Notes: generated by a model not told the origin, from the sequence alone. DNA of 64,000 nt from a virus (IMGVR_UViG_3300010052_000131:3500-67499); one strand, 5' to 3'; counted from the stretch's first letter, positions 1 through 9,440 are shown. Translations and numbers: made by a program.

Positions 1-762
1 GTTCTTGAGGCAGACCAGCCGTTCGCCGGCCAGCGGGTGGTTTTCCTCGATCCCCTTCCGCAGCCGGATGAACTTGTTATAGGCGTGGCGGGTGCGGTTG
101 AGCCCGCAAAGCACCTGGTCGGCGCCCATGACGACGGCTTCGCCGATATCGCTCTTGGGGCAGACCCGGACCGCGCCGAAGTCGCCGTAGCGCAGCCGTT
201 TGCCCTCCCGGATCTCCATCGACATCCGGATGATCGGGTTATCCCGGGCCTGCCGGTGAACTTCGGTCAGCATGAAGTCGGGCTTGGTGTTGGTGAAGAA
301 GCCCGCGCCCTTGACCGGCGGCAGCTGTTCCGGGTCGCCGATCACGAGCACCTTGGTCCCAAACGAGAGCAGGTCGGTGCCGAGCGGTTCATCCACCATC
401 GAGCACTCGTCGATTATGACGAGCGCGGCGTTCTTGACATCGCTGTCCGGGTTGAGCGTGAACCTTGGCGGCGCACCGCTATCCTCGCTCTCGTTCTCAT
501 AGATCAGGGAGTGAATCGTCGAGGCGTTGCGGCATCCTTTGGAGCGCATGACCAGCGAGGCTTTGCCGGTGAAAGCGCCATAGAGGACATCGCTCTTCTT
601 GGTGTTGCCTTCATCCCGGGCGATGCGTTCGACTTCACGTGCCAGTGTAGTCTTGCCGGTGCCGGCATAGCCGAACAGCCGGAATACTTGCGGACCGTCC
701 GGCTGGCGCAGCCAGCCGCGGACATCCTTCAGGGCCATTTCTTGTTGGGCTGACCAGCTCAT
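1..762 (-). CDS. Dda/RecD2-like SF1B helicase (exonuclease V alpha family), runs off window edge
   Basis: Not in ORF track; translated manually from ATG at 762: MSWSAQQEMALKDVRGWLRQPDGPQVFRLFGYAGTGKTT...AFTGKA...ASTIHSLIY...IIDECSMV...IGDPEQLPPV (helicase motifs I-III). Confidence 0.88.
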   Translation of the reverse strand, partial: MSWSAQQEMALKDVRGWLRQPDGPQVFRLFGYAGTGKTTLAREVERIARDEGNTKKSDVLYGAFTGKASLVMRSKGCRNASTIHSLIYENESEDSGAPPRFTLNPDSDVKNAALVIIDECSMVDEPLGTDLLSFGTKVLVIGDPEQLPPVKGAGFFTNTKPDFMLTEVHRQARDNPIIRMSMEIREGKRLRYGDFGAVRVCPKSDIGEAVVMGADQVLCGLNRTRHAYNKFIRLRKGIEENHPLAGERLVCLKN

Positions 763-1052
763 TGCAGGCGAATTCCTTCCGGGCGCGTGCCGTCGGCGGG
801 TTGCCCCATGTACGCTAGGGCGAACTGCACAACCCGACTGGAGAACAGCCCGACGCGGCGGAGCATCTGCGCATGGCCTTGCTCGCAAGGCATGATGGTG
901 TCCGCGACGACCTGGGCCGTGTGGTTGAGAATGGTCACCACTTCCTCGGAGCCGAGGCTGGGATATTGATCCGCCGGCAGCGATTGTTCCGCGCGGAAAT
1001 GATCGATGATGACGGCGCTGATCTTGCAGTGCAGGCAGTTGCAATCGGTCAT
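759..1052 (-). CDS. Hypothetical phage protein (N-terminal CxCxxC)
   Basis: 97 aa ORF with ATGA-type overlaps to both neighbours. Confidence 0.65.
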   Translation of the reverse strand: MTDCNCLHCKISAVIIDHFRAEQSLPADQYPSLGSEEVVTILNHTAQVVADTIMPCEQGHAQMLRRVGLFSSRVVQFALAYMGQPADGTRPEGIRLQ

Positions 1053-1999
1053 GGATGCTCCGGAAATCCGTTGTATTCGACGCCATCGAGAAGGCGGCCG
1101 GCGGCCTTCTTGCCGGCCTTGAACATGTCGGCGCCGGCGCCCGTCGGGTCGCCAAGGCAGGACGTCTTCAGCCGACCGTCCGGATAGACGACGCCGGCTT
1201 TTGCCCCGTTGCGCGGGTACTCATCCTTGTGCGGCCGCCATTCGCCCCATTGCTTGAAGTGGAACGCGGTCCCGGTGTCCCCGCACTGATCGCGTAGCGA
1301 GCGAAACCAGTCGGGATGCGACGGCCGGGCCTTGTGCCCGCCTTGGTCCGTCTCGCCGCCCGCAATTACCAAATCGATGCCGGGGCGAACGGCAGCGCCA
1401 TCGCTTCCCATCGTTCGCAGATAGCACCGGTCCGGCCACGAACTCAGGTCGATTGGACCGAGCAGGGGTTCGCAGGAAACGAAAACAAAGAGCGGGCCGC
1501 ATTGGACCTTCGCGTCCAGCAGCGCCGGCACGTTGATATCAGCGCGCGGCTGATCCTCGATCGTGGTGCCCAGCGCCGCATTCCGAGGCAGGTACCGCGT
1601 GCCGTTGCCCGCGATAGCGCCCGACGAGCGAACCATCTTGACGATGTTCTGCGGACGCTTCGTCAGCAGCAACCACGTCAGGTTCGGCGTGATCCGGATC
1701 AATTCAAAGAGATCGGCGCGCCATTCTGGCGGGACCTGGTTGTCGAACACGTCGGCGAGGCTGGCGCAGAACACGCGCGGGCGCGTGCCGGCCGCTGCAG
1801 CATCCTTGTTCCATTTGATCGGTGTCCGCCAATTGGCGGGCGACGTGCGGGAGCGCTCGCCGCCCCACTTCACGCGGCCGTAGCGCAAGTCCATCATCGC
1901 TTCGGCATAACAGCCGTCGCAAGCTGGAGAGACCTTGGTGCACCCGATCCATGGATTGAACGTGTGGTCGCACCATTCGATGCTGCTATTTTTGCCCAT
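1049..1999 (-). CDS. Phage Gp37/Gp68 (DUF5131) radical-SAM-like protein
   Basis: MGKNSSIEWCDHTFNPWIGCTKVSPACDGCYAE, RVFCASLADVFD, LLLTKRP, FVSCEPLLG, GGET, FHFKQWGEW family motifs. Confidence 0.92.
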   Translation of the reverse strand: MGKNSSIEWCDHTFNPWIGCTKVSPACDGCYAEAMMDLRYGRVKWGGERSRTSPANWRTPIKWNKDAAAAGTRPRVFCASLADVFDNQVPPEWRADLFELIRITPNLTWLLLTKRPQNIVKMVRSSGAIAGNGTRYLPRNAALGTTIEDQPRADINVPALLDAKVQCGPLFVFVSCEPLLGPIDLSSWPDRCYLRTMGSDGAAVRPGIDLVIAGGETDQGGHKARPSHPDWFRSLRDQCGDTGTAFHFKQWGEWRPHKDEYPRNGAKAGVVYPDGRLKTSCLGDPTGAGADMFKAGKKAAGRLLDGVEYNGFPEHP

Positions 2000-2333
2000 T
2001 CGAGGCTCCCGCGCGGATGCGCTCAATGCTGGCCAACTTTTCGTGGGCCCGAAGCCGAACGGCCTGATCAGTGCTTTTCAGGTCCAGCTTTGCGGTATGG
2101 ACAACCGGGCCGTATTTGTCGGTGAGAATCGCACCCGCTTTAATTGCGAGGGCCTTCTTGCTAAGGGCGATATCGAAATGGACCCACGACGCCTTCGGCG
2201 GTTTCTGTATCCATTTCCGTTGCACGCCGATCTCGTCCACCATCGCCAGCAGTTCTTCGAGCGTGTCCGCCCAAAGGTGGCACATGATCATGTTGCCGAA
2301 GGAATGACGGACGTCGTCGACATAGACGGTCAT
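1986..2333 (-). CDS. DUF4031 family protein
   Basis: MTVYVDD...MCHLWADTLEELLAM...WIQ...HFDI signature. Confidence 0.85.
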   Translation of the reverse strand: MTVYVDDVRHSFGNMIMCHLWADTLEELLAMVDEIGVQRKWIQKPPKASWVHFDIALSKKALAIKAGAILTDKYGPVVHTAKLDLKSTDQAVRLRAHEKLASIERIRAGASNGQK

Positions 2334-2683
2334 GCGGCACCCGATTTATTGAGCGCGACAATCAGGCTTTCGAGAACCCGTTCCATCGCTGGCCGATCGC
2401 CAACACCGGCGGGCTCGATCCTGATGAGGCCCAGGTTGACACCGTTGATCAGGTCCTGCGCATGCCGGCGGACGTCCGGCGCGTTCGCGATGATCTTGGC
2501 GACCAGGTCGGACGGGCTGATATCCCGGAGAACACCGCTCTCCAGATCCCGCGTCGTGATCTTGGCGTGGTAGGAGGCGGACAAGATCACCTGTTCGCCG
2601 CCGCCGTCGGTGACCAGCAGGAAGCGGCCGGCCATCGGCTTCCATTTCCAAGAGAGATCATCGCGGAAGGGTTTTACGGACAT
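2330..2683 (-). CDS. Hypothetical phage protein
   Basis: Start reassigned to MSVKPFRDD (2683); coupled to neighbours. Confidence 0.6.
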   Translation of the reverse strand: MSVKPFRDDLSWKWKPMAGRFLLVTDGGGEQVILSASYHAKITTRDLESGVLRDISPSDLVAKIIANAPDVRRHAQDLINGVNLGLIRIEPAGVGDRPAMERVLESLIVALNKSGAA

Positions 2684-2883
2684 GGGAGCCCCTTCGGATT
2701 GCCGCAGGCGGCGCATTGACGGAAATGCGGGTCCATGTGACCCGTCGAATACATTTCCCAACCGGCTCCCTCGCAGGTCATGCAATGGATCGCGGCGAGT
2801 TCGGCCGCCGTGGCAGTGTCGGGCCGTTTGGAAATCTCTCGAAGCCGGCGGTTGATCGCGGCGAAGTCGAAGACGCTGCTCAT
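2674..2883 (-). CDS. Small zinc-finger-like protein (CxxC...CxxC)
   Basis: CMTCEGAG...CAACGN; overlaps with flanking genes. Confidence 0.6.
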   Translation of the reverse strand: MSSVFDFAAINRRLREISKRPDTATAAELAAIHCMTCEGAGWEMYSTGHMDPHFRQCAACGNPKGLPCP

Positions 2884-3617
2884 TGGCGCACCTGCCTTTT
2901 GCGCAACATCCAGAGCTTCGGTTCGTCCCAGTCCTCCCGAACCGGTTCAAGGTGCTCGTAGTTGCCGGACCAACCGTAAATCGTACGGGCAACGCGCAAT
3001 GTCGGCTGGAAGCGAGCAATCAGCCGCAACCACAAATCTTCGGTGATATAGAGGCCAGCGCGGGCGGTCCGGTCGTGCCAGCGGCGAGGCACTCTATAAA
3101 TGTCCGGGCGCGATGTATCGACGTACGCGACCTCGATATAGCTCTTCGGGGCCCCGACGTGCCAAGGGCCGACAAGGATGACTTTGTCTCGACCAGGTGG
3201 AAAGTAATACGTGTCCTTCCATTCCACCCAATCGCGATCGTAAATGTTGAACTTCTTCTTGCCCTCACGCTTCACACGCAGGTAGGGCTGCATCTGGATA
3301 TGCCAGGAGGAACCGCCGTATCCATCGCTTGGCGATGAGACCCACGCCTGTTGACTATTGCTCCAAGACAGTTGGCCAGAATGTGCATGCTGCTCAAGGC
3401 GTCCGTCATTCGAATAGGCGCGGTAGTGGTGGCCGTCTTCGAACACGAACCGCTTGTCGGGCCAATTGCGAGCATCGGTGTTCGTCTTGAGGCATACGCC
3501 GGGGAGGTTTCCGTAACCATCCGCCCACGCCACCTCGAGGCCAGTGCACCAGGTCGGGAGCGGTTGCGGTCCGACGGGACGGTCGACCCAGGTAAAGGAT
3601 TCTGACGGCTTCAGCAT
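2880..3617 (-). CDS. Hypothetical phage protein
   Basis: 245 aa ORF in early operon, Trp/Tyr rich. Confidence 0.65.
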   Translation of the reverse strand: MLKPSESFTWVDRPVGPQPLPTWCTGLEVAWADGYGNLPGVCLKTNTDARNWPDKRFVFEDGHHYRAYSNDGRLEQHAHSGQLSWSNSQQAWVSSPSDGYGGSSWHIQMQPYLRVKREGKKKFNIYDRDWVEWKDTYYFPPGRDKVILVGPWHVGAPKSYIEVAYVDTSRPDIYRVPRRWHDRTARAGLYITEDLWLRLIARFQPTLRVARTIYGWSGNYEHLEPVREDWDEPKLWMLRKRQVRQ

Positions 3618-3626
3618 GACCGCCCC

Positions 3627-4073
3627 CTATTCGGGGCGAGGCCCAACCATGTCATGAACCTGCGCAATAACGGAATTGCGCTCAACGCCGGGCAGGAAGT
3701 CGCGAAAGATGATCTCGATCGCCAAATCCGTGTAAGCGCGGAACTCCGGCTCATCGAGTTCGCCGAACGCGGTCGATTTGAGTTCGACCCCGACGCCGCC
3801 GCCCTTGAGCATGAAGATGTGTTCGACAAGCTGCGCGCGGAACTTGATTTCCTTGTGCAGGCCGTTCGGTTGCCAGCCGATCCCGTCCGCGACCACGGAT
3901 ATGAGGGCGCGGTACCAGCGCTGATGCGGAAGCGACCGTGGATAGGTCGCACTGATCCGCATGCCCTTGCCTTGGCGCAGCCGCTCAAGCTGCTCAAGGT
4001 CGAAGGGTGTAGCCGGGACGAGCTTGGGCCCGTCCCGTATGGCGACAAGTTCAACCGTGGTGAAATCTCCCAA
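3627..4073 (-). CDS. DUF1367/NinB-like recombination accessory protein
   Basis: HQRWYRAL...LHKEIKF...KSTAFGELDEPEFRAY pattern; directly downstream of annealing protein. Confidence 0.7.
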   Translation of the reverse strand: MGDFTTVELVAIRDGPKLVPATPFDLEQLERLRQGKGMRISATYPRSLPHQRWYRALISVVADGIGWQPNGLHKEIKFRAQLVEHIFMLKGGGVGVELKSTAFGELDEPEFRAYTDLAIEIIFRDFLPGVERNSVIAQVHDMVGPRPE

Positions 4074-4074
4074 A

Positions 4075-5418
4075 TCACCCGCGCATCCCCTTAACTCTAT
4101 TTTGCTGAGAGTTAAATTCTGCTCTCACTTCATCGGCCATCACATCGGGGAGGCGTTCGATCTCGGCGTTCCCCTCGCGGGCCCACGCGATGAAATCGTT
4201 CGGTTCGTCCAACTGGTGGATTTGCCGGATCAGGTTGTCGCGGTGGCGGTCCGCCAAGGTGCCATCCAGCTTCTTGAAGGCCTTCTCGCGAGCTGGCCGG
4301 GCCGCCCCGCCCTTGTCAGTATCCCCATGTTGGGGCGAGGCGGCCTTGGCCCGGGTGTCTTCACCAGCGGCAGCGCGCACGCCAGCAACACCCGATCTCT
4401 GTTCCAGCAGCTTCTTGAGCTCCAGCGCGTCGGTCTTGTTGTGAGCCCAGAATTCGTTGATCGCGACCTTGTTGCGTTCGACCAGGGCGGCGACGGCCGC
4501 GGGCTCCATGCCGGCGGTGGCGGCAATCATCCGATCGGCGAACTTGCCGATCTCAACCCGCTCCAGCGTGCCGGTATCGTCGAAGGTCGCGAACAGGGCC
4601 GGGCCGCCCAAGCGCTCAAGCCGTGCTTCGGTATCCGCCTTCGTCACCATTTCCGACGGCGTCAGGTCGGTATATTCGCCGTCGATGATCGCCGCGGCGC
4701 GGTCGGTCTCTTCCTCGACGTAGACCCGGGACATGTCTTCCGGCCAGCCACGGCGCAGCGCCTGCATTTCGGCGCACAGCGCGATCTTGTGCCGACCGCC
4801 ACGCGTCCATTGCTCTTTCTTTGGATCGAGCCGTTCGGCGACCAGTGCGCTGGCGCCAGGGCGAAGCTGCCTGCGCTGTTTCTCGCGGCCGGCGTTCTTG
4901 TGGCCGGGGGGATACATTTCACCGGTACCGACCCATTCGTAGGCGTCGGCATCGGCGGTCCGAACAATCGGCGCGAATTCGTCCCAAAACACCTTGGCGA
5001 CGATCCGTTCGAAGGGATCGTTCTTGGTCGGACGGTGATACACCCCGACCGTGCAAGAGACGATTCCGTGTGGATTGGTCAGCGGGTTCTTGGCGTCCTC
5101 GCTGATCTCCCATGCCGGCGGATCGCTGTCGGGACGGTAATTGCCGCTGCGGGCGGCAATCGAGCGTCCGCCGTCGATCCCGACGACAAGCGCCATGTTC
5201 CGCTTTTCAGGATCGTTCTTGTTGAAAACGAACGCGTAGATCTGTTTGCGGAGCGGGGACAGGCCCAGGTCGCGGCAGACAGAAACGAACTGGTTGAATT
5301 CGTCCTCGTTGCAGTCCTTCGCGGCTGTGCGCTTGACCAGCGCGACCATCTTGCCGTCTTGCCACCAATTGATGGTTGGAAGCCCGCCGTTCGGGCGCAG
5401 TGCAGTAACGCTGTTCAT
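4075..5418 (-). CDS. bet: Bet/RecT-family single-strand annealing recombinase
   Basis: FNQFVSVCRDLGLSPLRKQIYAF...VVGIDGGRSIAARSGNY...KIALCAEMQALRRGWP; RBS GGAG before ATG 5418. Confidence 0.85.
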   Translation of the reverse strand: MNSVTALRPNGGLPTINWWQDGKMVALVKRTAAKDCNEDEFNQFVSVCRDLGLSPLRKQIYAFVFNKNDPEKRNMALVVGIDGGRSIAARSGNYRPDSDPPAWEISEDAKNPLTNPHGIVSCTVGVYHRPTKNDPFERIVAKVFWDEFAPIVRTADADAYEWVGTGEMYPPGHKNAGREKQRRQLRPGASALVAERLDPKKEQWTRGGRHKIALCAEMQALRRGWPEDMSRVYVEEETDRAAAIIDGEYTDLTPSEMVTKADTEARLERLGGPALFATFDDTGTLERVEIGKFADRMIAATAGMEPAAVAALVERNKVAINEFWAHNKTDALELKKLLEQRSGVAGVRAAAGEDTRAKAASPQHGDTDKGGAARPAREKAFKKLDGTLADRHRDNLIRQIHQLDEPNDFIAWAREGNAEIERLPDVMADEVRAEFNSQQNRVKGMRG

Positions 5419-5422
5419 CGGT

Positions 5423-6076
5423 TCAACTCCATTTGACTTGCACGGTGATGCCGCCGTTATCGAGTTCGGCACCGGGGATCGGGGGGAAGGCGGCCTGCAG
5501 CTTCGCCAAGGCATCGTCGCGATCTTCGGGCAGCATCTGGCCCACCAAAAACCGCTCCTTCAGCTCGGCAATCTTTTGCTCCAGCGTGTCGCGCCGATCC
5601 TTCAAATCCCGCGTCAGGTCCGCCTTGCTCAATTCCGGATCGGACTGCTTGAAGTAGCGGGTTGGAACTGCGGCCTCGTCGGTAATGAGAAGCTTGGGCG
5701 GCACCGGGCGTAAGGTGACGCGCGCGATCGGGCGGTCGAAATTCTGCTGCTCAAGGATCTCCAGCGCATTGCGCAGCATGGTGCGCATGGTCTCGACGCG
5801 GTCGCTGATCCGCTTGCGGCGGGCGGCCATCGTGCTTTCGAACTTCTCCAGGCCTTGAACGGCGGCGACATCGAGCGCCATCTGTTCAAGAACCTTGTCG
5901 ACCGCGCCATCAAGGTCGGTTTCGCCCTCGATCATGTCGCGGAGCAGGGCGATATCCTGTTCCTCGCCGGCGAAGGCCTCCTTGAGCTGGTGCTTGAGGG
6001 CGCCGGCCGCCGCCAATTCCTTCTCCAGGTCGCGGCGGGCGTCCGGCACGGGTGCTTTCCTAGGAGCCGCCATCAT
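5423..6076 (-). CDS. Siphovirus Gp157-family protein
   Basis: DMIEGETDL...coiled coil...RPIARVTLRPVPPKLLITDEAAVP..YFKQ..PELSKADL...IPGAELDNGGITVQVK. Confidence 0.8.
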   Translation of the reverse strand: MMAAPRKAPVPDARRDLEKELAAAGALKHQLKEAFAGEEQDIALLRDMIEGETDLDGAVDKVLEQMALDVAAVQGLEKFESTMAARRKRISDRVETMRTMLRNALEILEQQNFDRPIARVTLRPVPPKLLITDEAAVPTRYFKQSDPELSKADLTRDLKDRRDTLEQKIAELKERFLVGQMLPEDRDDALAKLQAAFPPIPGAELDNGGITVQVKWS

Positions 6077-6290
6077 GTGCCTCCGCAAGGTTGAGCCGGT
6101 CGCAAAGAGCGTCCATTTCCGCGACACTGAGCGGCTTGATCGTGCCGCCCTTCGTCGCAATGTCGGTTTCGTCCAAGATTGGAACGACGTTGTAGATTTC
6201 ACCCGCGGCATGCCTCGCCTGCCAGTGACGCAGCGCGGCCAATACAGTCGCGTGCTCGCGGTCGTCGAGCCCAATAAGCGAAGACATCAC
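6060..6290 (-). CDS. Small hypothetical protein
   Basis: 76 aa ORF overlapping neighbours in operon. Confidence 0.55.
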   Translation of the reverse strand: MMSSLIGLDDREHATVLAALRHWQARHAAGEIYNVVPILDETDIATKGGTIKPLSVAEMDALCDRLNLAEAHDGGS

Positions 6291-7486
6291 AGCGGCTCCC
6301 CGTGCGCTTGCTCGCCCAGGCTGACCAGCCGATCGAGCAGGAATTCCTGCATGCCGCGCGTTTCATCCTCGTATTTGTAGCGAAGGTGGATGAACTCCTC
6401 GATCAACGTGCCGGCGACACGCTTGGTGCCCTGCATGAAGGCGAGGCGGGAGACGTAAATCCGGCCGCTCTCCGCCATGCCCAGAATGTTCGGGCCCAGC
6501 GCATCGGTGACCACGATCGGATATTCATCGACGGGGAAGCCCAGGCCGATCGCGAACTTGGCCGCCTTGGCGAGAATTTCGCTTTCGACGCCGACTAACG
6601 CTGTGGTCGCGGGCTGCAGCGCCGACCGTTTCTCTGCCTCATAGACCCGCTTCGCACTGATGCTAGTGCGGCCGGTGGCGTGCTTGGCCAGTCCCTCGAC
6701 CACTCGCAGGAACGGCGCCGCTGGCTTCGATCCCCACGCGCTATCCTTGAAGTCGAAATGATGCTCGTAATATTTGTTGTCGAGCGCCAGCACGTCCTGC
6801 AGGAACGGCTCATCGTCGGCTTTGAGGATCGACGACGCGATCATATGCGGGAACACGAACGGGTGCTTCGCCGTGCGATCTTCGGTCAATTCGACGTGCC
6901 CGATGATGTTGTAAGTGTACCGGGACACTTCTGCCTTCGGCAGGCGATGCACGAGGATTCCGCGATAGAACACGCCGCGGCTTTCGCCGGTGTAGACCTC
7001 GCAATTATCCAGCGTCAGCCATGGATCGCCGAGCAGGATGAAGCTCGACCGTTTATCGTGTTCGTGCCGGAAGTCCTCGCCACCGATGATAACCCGCGTC
7101 TGGCCGGCAGCAGGCTTCGGCGGCTGATCCGCGATGAACACGGTCCCGCCTTCGTCTTTGCAATTGCAGTAGAGTTCCCGGTACGCCATCCACAATTCCC
7201 AGGTCTTGCCTACCTGGGTGGTGAAGCCGAGTTCTTGGCGGTCCATGGTGACCACCTGAAACGTTTCGCCGCGGATCGTGACGTCTTTGAGCGCGAAGCG
7301 GTGCTTTCGCAGGCCGGATTGCACCGCGACGCTGTGGCCGGTGCGGAGCAGGATGGCGAGGGCGTATTTGAGCCCGGTACCGAAAAACCCGATCGGGTTG
7401 TCGCCCTCCTTGACGCTGACGCCGAAGGTGCGGATGGCCGCGGCGTCGATCTCGCCGGGGTTTTCGAAGACGACGAAGGACATCAC
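6287..7486 (-). CDS. GHKL-like ATPase N-terminus with zincin-like C-terminal domain
   Basis: ENPGEID...IGFFGTGLKYALA (GHKL G-loop-like); C-terminal GMAESGRIYVS...LIEEFIH. Confidence 0.6.
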   Translation of the reverse strand: MMSFVVFENPGEIDAAAIRTFGVSVKEGDNPIGFFGTGLKYALAILLRTGHSVAVQSGLRKHRFALKDVTIRGETFQVVTMDRQELGFTTQVGKTWELWMAYRELYCNCKDEGGTVFIADQPPKPAAGQTRVIIGGEDFRHEHDKRSSFILLGDPWLTLDNCEVYTGESRGVFYRGILVHRLPKAEVSRYTYNIIGHVELTEDRTAKHPFVFPHMIASSILKADDEPFLQDVLALDNKYYEHHFDFKDSAWGSKPAAPFLRVVEGLAKHATGRTSISAKRVYEAEKRSALQPATTALVGVESEILAKAAKFAIGLGFPVDEYPIVVTDALGPNILGMAESGRIYVSRLAFMQGTKRVAGTLIEEFIHLRYKYEDETRGMQEFLLDRLVSLGEQAHGEPL

Positions 7487-7701
7487 GCGGCCTCGTTCTC
7501 AGCCTGATCCGGCGTCGCCGCGAAGATTGCGCGACCCTTGCGGACCGCGCGGCCTTGCTCGACGAGTGCTTTGACCGCATAGCGGACTGCGCGCGGCGAT
7601 GCCGCGAGCGTCACGCCGGATATGATCTCCGGCATGCGCTTGCCAGTCTCGGGCCGCAGCAAGGCGGACACGTGGTTGATGAGAATTTCGCCAGCAGGCA
7701 T
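7483..7701 (-). CDS. Small winged-HTH-like protein
   Basis: ASPRAVRYAVKALVEQGRAVRKG; start MPAGEIL at 7701. Confidence 0.55.
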   Translation of the reverse strand: MPAGEILINHVSALLRPETGKRMPEIISGVTLAASPRAVRYAVKALVEQGRAVRKGRAIFAATPDQAENEAA

Positions 7702-7705
7702 GTCC

Positions 7706-8089
7706 CTATCCTTTCGCCAGTCTGATGGATGCGTGAAGTTCGTCGGACAGCGCCTGCAGCGCCACCCAATCCTCGGAGTTGCCGCTGTGCTTGCGCTCTT
7801 CGATTTCTCGATCGACGACGGGAGCCAGCTTCTGGGCAACGATCAAAAGCGTGCTCGCCTTCAATTCAGCCAGCTTGGCCATCGTGCCGGCCTGCTGGAC
7901 GATCACCAGCGAGCCCTTCGCGGCCTCGCGCAGCCACTCGATTTCCCAAACCAGATGGTAAATCGTGGTGGCCGTGCCGGAACGTCCCTGATCTTCATGC
8001 CAGCCGGCGAGATCGCGCGCGGACGCCAGCAATTGCGCGGTCAATGGCGCAGTGCGCTGCGGCGAGGGCTTGAATGCGGTGACTGACAT
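7706..8089 (-). CDS. Hypothetical phage protein
   Basis: Start MSVTAF at 8089; helical composition. Confidence 0.55.
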   Translation of the reverse strand: MSVTAFKPSPQRTAPLTAQLLASARDLAGWHEDQGRSGTATTIYHLVWEIEWLREAAKGSLVIVQQAGTMAKLAELKASTLLIVAQKLAPVVDREIEERKHSGNSEDWVALQALSDELHASIRLAKG

Positions 8090-8093
8090 CGGC

Positions 8094-8504
8094 CTAATCT
8101 CCGCTGTCCACGGACATATCGAGGCCGCATTTTTTGCAGGAAGCGGGGCGCCAACCGCGCATTGGGTTGGCGCCGGCACCGGTCACCGGCTCGTGTTCGC
8201 AGATTGCGAATTTCATGGCGACCGCGCGATAAGCGCCATCCTTCCACTCAGTCCAAGCAACAACGCCGGTGCCATGAAGGCCGCCGCCTTGGCCGTAATC
8301 GAGGAAGTATCGAACGTCCCATTTCTTGCCCGCCGGGAGAACGGCGACGCCGGCATGCATTTGCCGGTAGTGCAGGATTTTCGCGCCGACATCGGTTTCG
8401 ACCGGCTTTGCGTTCGGCAGCGGCACCTTGCCTTCGAAGATCGGTTGCAGATCGGCTTCGAGCGAATAGCCGTTGCGCTTGGTCTGTGTGGTTGGGTCTG
8501 ACAT
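8094..8504 (-). CDS. Hypothetical protein with C-terminal C/H cluster
   Basis: ICEHE...CKKCGLDMSVDSGD. Confidence 0.65.
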   Translation of the reverse strand: MSDPTTQTKRNGYSLEADLQPIFEGKVPLPNAKPVETDVGAKILHYRQMHAGVAVLPAGKKWDVRYFLDYGQGGGLHGTGVVAWTEWKDGAYRAVAMKFAICEHEPVTGAGANPMRGWRPASCKKCGLDMSVDSGD

Positions 8505-8507
8505 GGT

Positions 8508-8759
8508 TTACTCCGCCGCTGCACGAACAGTCGCCGCCGTCTCGGCAACAAATACGACCGCGCCATTGCCTTGGGACTGACGGACCTTGTTGGCGCGCTT
8601 CAACAGTTCTTCCCGGTATTCGGGATGGATGGCGGGATCGAATTTCAGGAGACCGATGACGTAGGCGGCCAGTTCGATCGCGGCGCGGTCGCGGTTGATC
8701 TCGGACCCACGCTTGAGGCTTGCGCCAATGACTTCGAAGGGGACGGGCTTGAGCATCAC
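8508..8759 (-). CDS. Hypothetical protein
   Basis: 83 aa ORF in operon. Confidence 0.55.
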   Translation of the reverse strand: MMLKPVPFEVIGASLKRGSEINRDRAAIELAAYVIGLLKFDPAIHPEYREELLKRANKVRQSQGNGAVVFVAETAATVRAAAE

Positions 8760-9046
8760 GCCGGCTCCATGCGGTTATCAAAAAGCAATTTGCTGGTGTC
8801 CAAGCAGGGCGGCATCCACAGGCCGGCGTTAAGCGGCTGATCCCAGATGCGGCCGTTGTAGGAGACGTGCCCGATCTCGACGCCGCCTTCGGAGACATTC
8901 ACCGGCCGGAAAGTCGAACATCCTTCGCCGCTCGCGCCGCGCACGCGGCTGTAGATTTCAGACAGCAACGCAAGGCTGTCGGCGCCATAGGCGACGTTGC
9001 GAATTTTCATCGTGTAGCGGAATGGCGTAGCAAGTTGATCGGCCAT
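8756..9046 (-). CDS. Hypothetical protein
   Basis: Start MADQLA at 9046; GEGCSTF...GHVSYNGRIW motif seen in phage early proteins. Confidence 0.6.
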   Translation of the reverse strand: MADQLATPFRYTMKIRNVAYGADSLALLSEIYSRVRGASGEGCSTFRPVNVSEGGVEIGHVSYNGRIWDQPLNAGLWMPPCLDTSKLLFDNRMEPA

Positions 9047-9267
9047 CACGCGGCCCTCGCGTGGCGCACGGCGCGGGCTTCGCGGTGCTTGGCCGCCAGC
9101 ATCTCCGCCATGCCGGTCAGCTTCTCGATCCAATAGGCGACGTCATCAGCGGTGACATCGACGCCGTACAGGCTATTCGCGCGAGCCCGGGCGCTGGCCT
9201 TGATGTACGCGTGATCGATCTCGCCGGAAGCGGTGATCAGCAGGTCGTTGTTGAAGGTCGCTTCCAT
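9046..9267 (-). CDS. First gene of leftward early operon, hypothetical
   Basis: Start MEATFNN at 9267, about 40 bp downstream of PL. Confidence 0.6.
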   Translation of the reverse strand: MEATFNNDLLITASGEIDHAYIKASARARANSLYGVDVTADDVAYWIEKLTGMAEMLAAKHREARAVRHARAA

Positions 9268-9302
9268 CGGTTCGCTCCAGCGGTGAATCACCGTCGAAGA
9301 GA

Positions 9303-9355
9303 AATGTAGGAGATGCCTACCTACATCGTCAAGCATGAATGTAGGGAACGGCTAC
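9303..9355 (-). promoter_or_regulatory. PL promoter with repressor operators
   Basis: Minus strand TTGACG-N17-CTACAT; operators GTAGG-agatg-CCTAC (9306-9320) and GTAGG-gaacg-GCTAC (9341-9355). Confidence 0.8.
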
Positions 9356-9381
9356 ATTTATTTTTACGAACCGTTCACCAT

Positions 9382-9396
9382 GTTCTTGATTTGTTC
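9382..9396 (+). promoter_or_regulatory. Alphaproteobacterial LexA (SOS) box
   Basis: GTTC-ttgattt-GTTC, exact GTTC-N7-GTTC consensus, 45 bp upstream of ORF 9441. Confidence 0.75.
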
Positions 9397-9440
9397 TCAA
9401 ATCCGAGTCAGCATCCCGGGGTTGTAACTGGGAGCGTCCA

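Noticed and set aside
37-753. Long plus-strand ORF, and similar shadows such as 3961-5436, 12784-14034, 34548-35612, 61942-63330
   Set aside because: Antisense shadows of real genes in GC-rich DNA; no motifs or RBS
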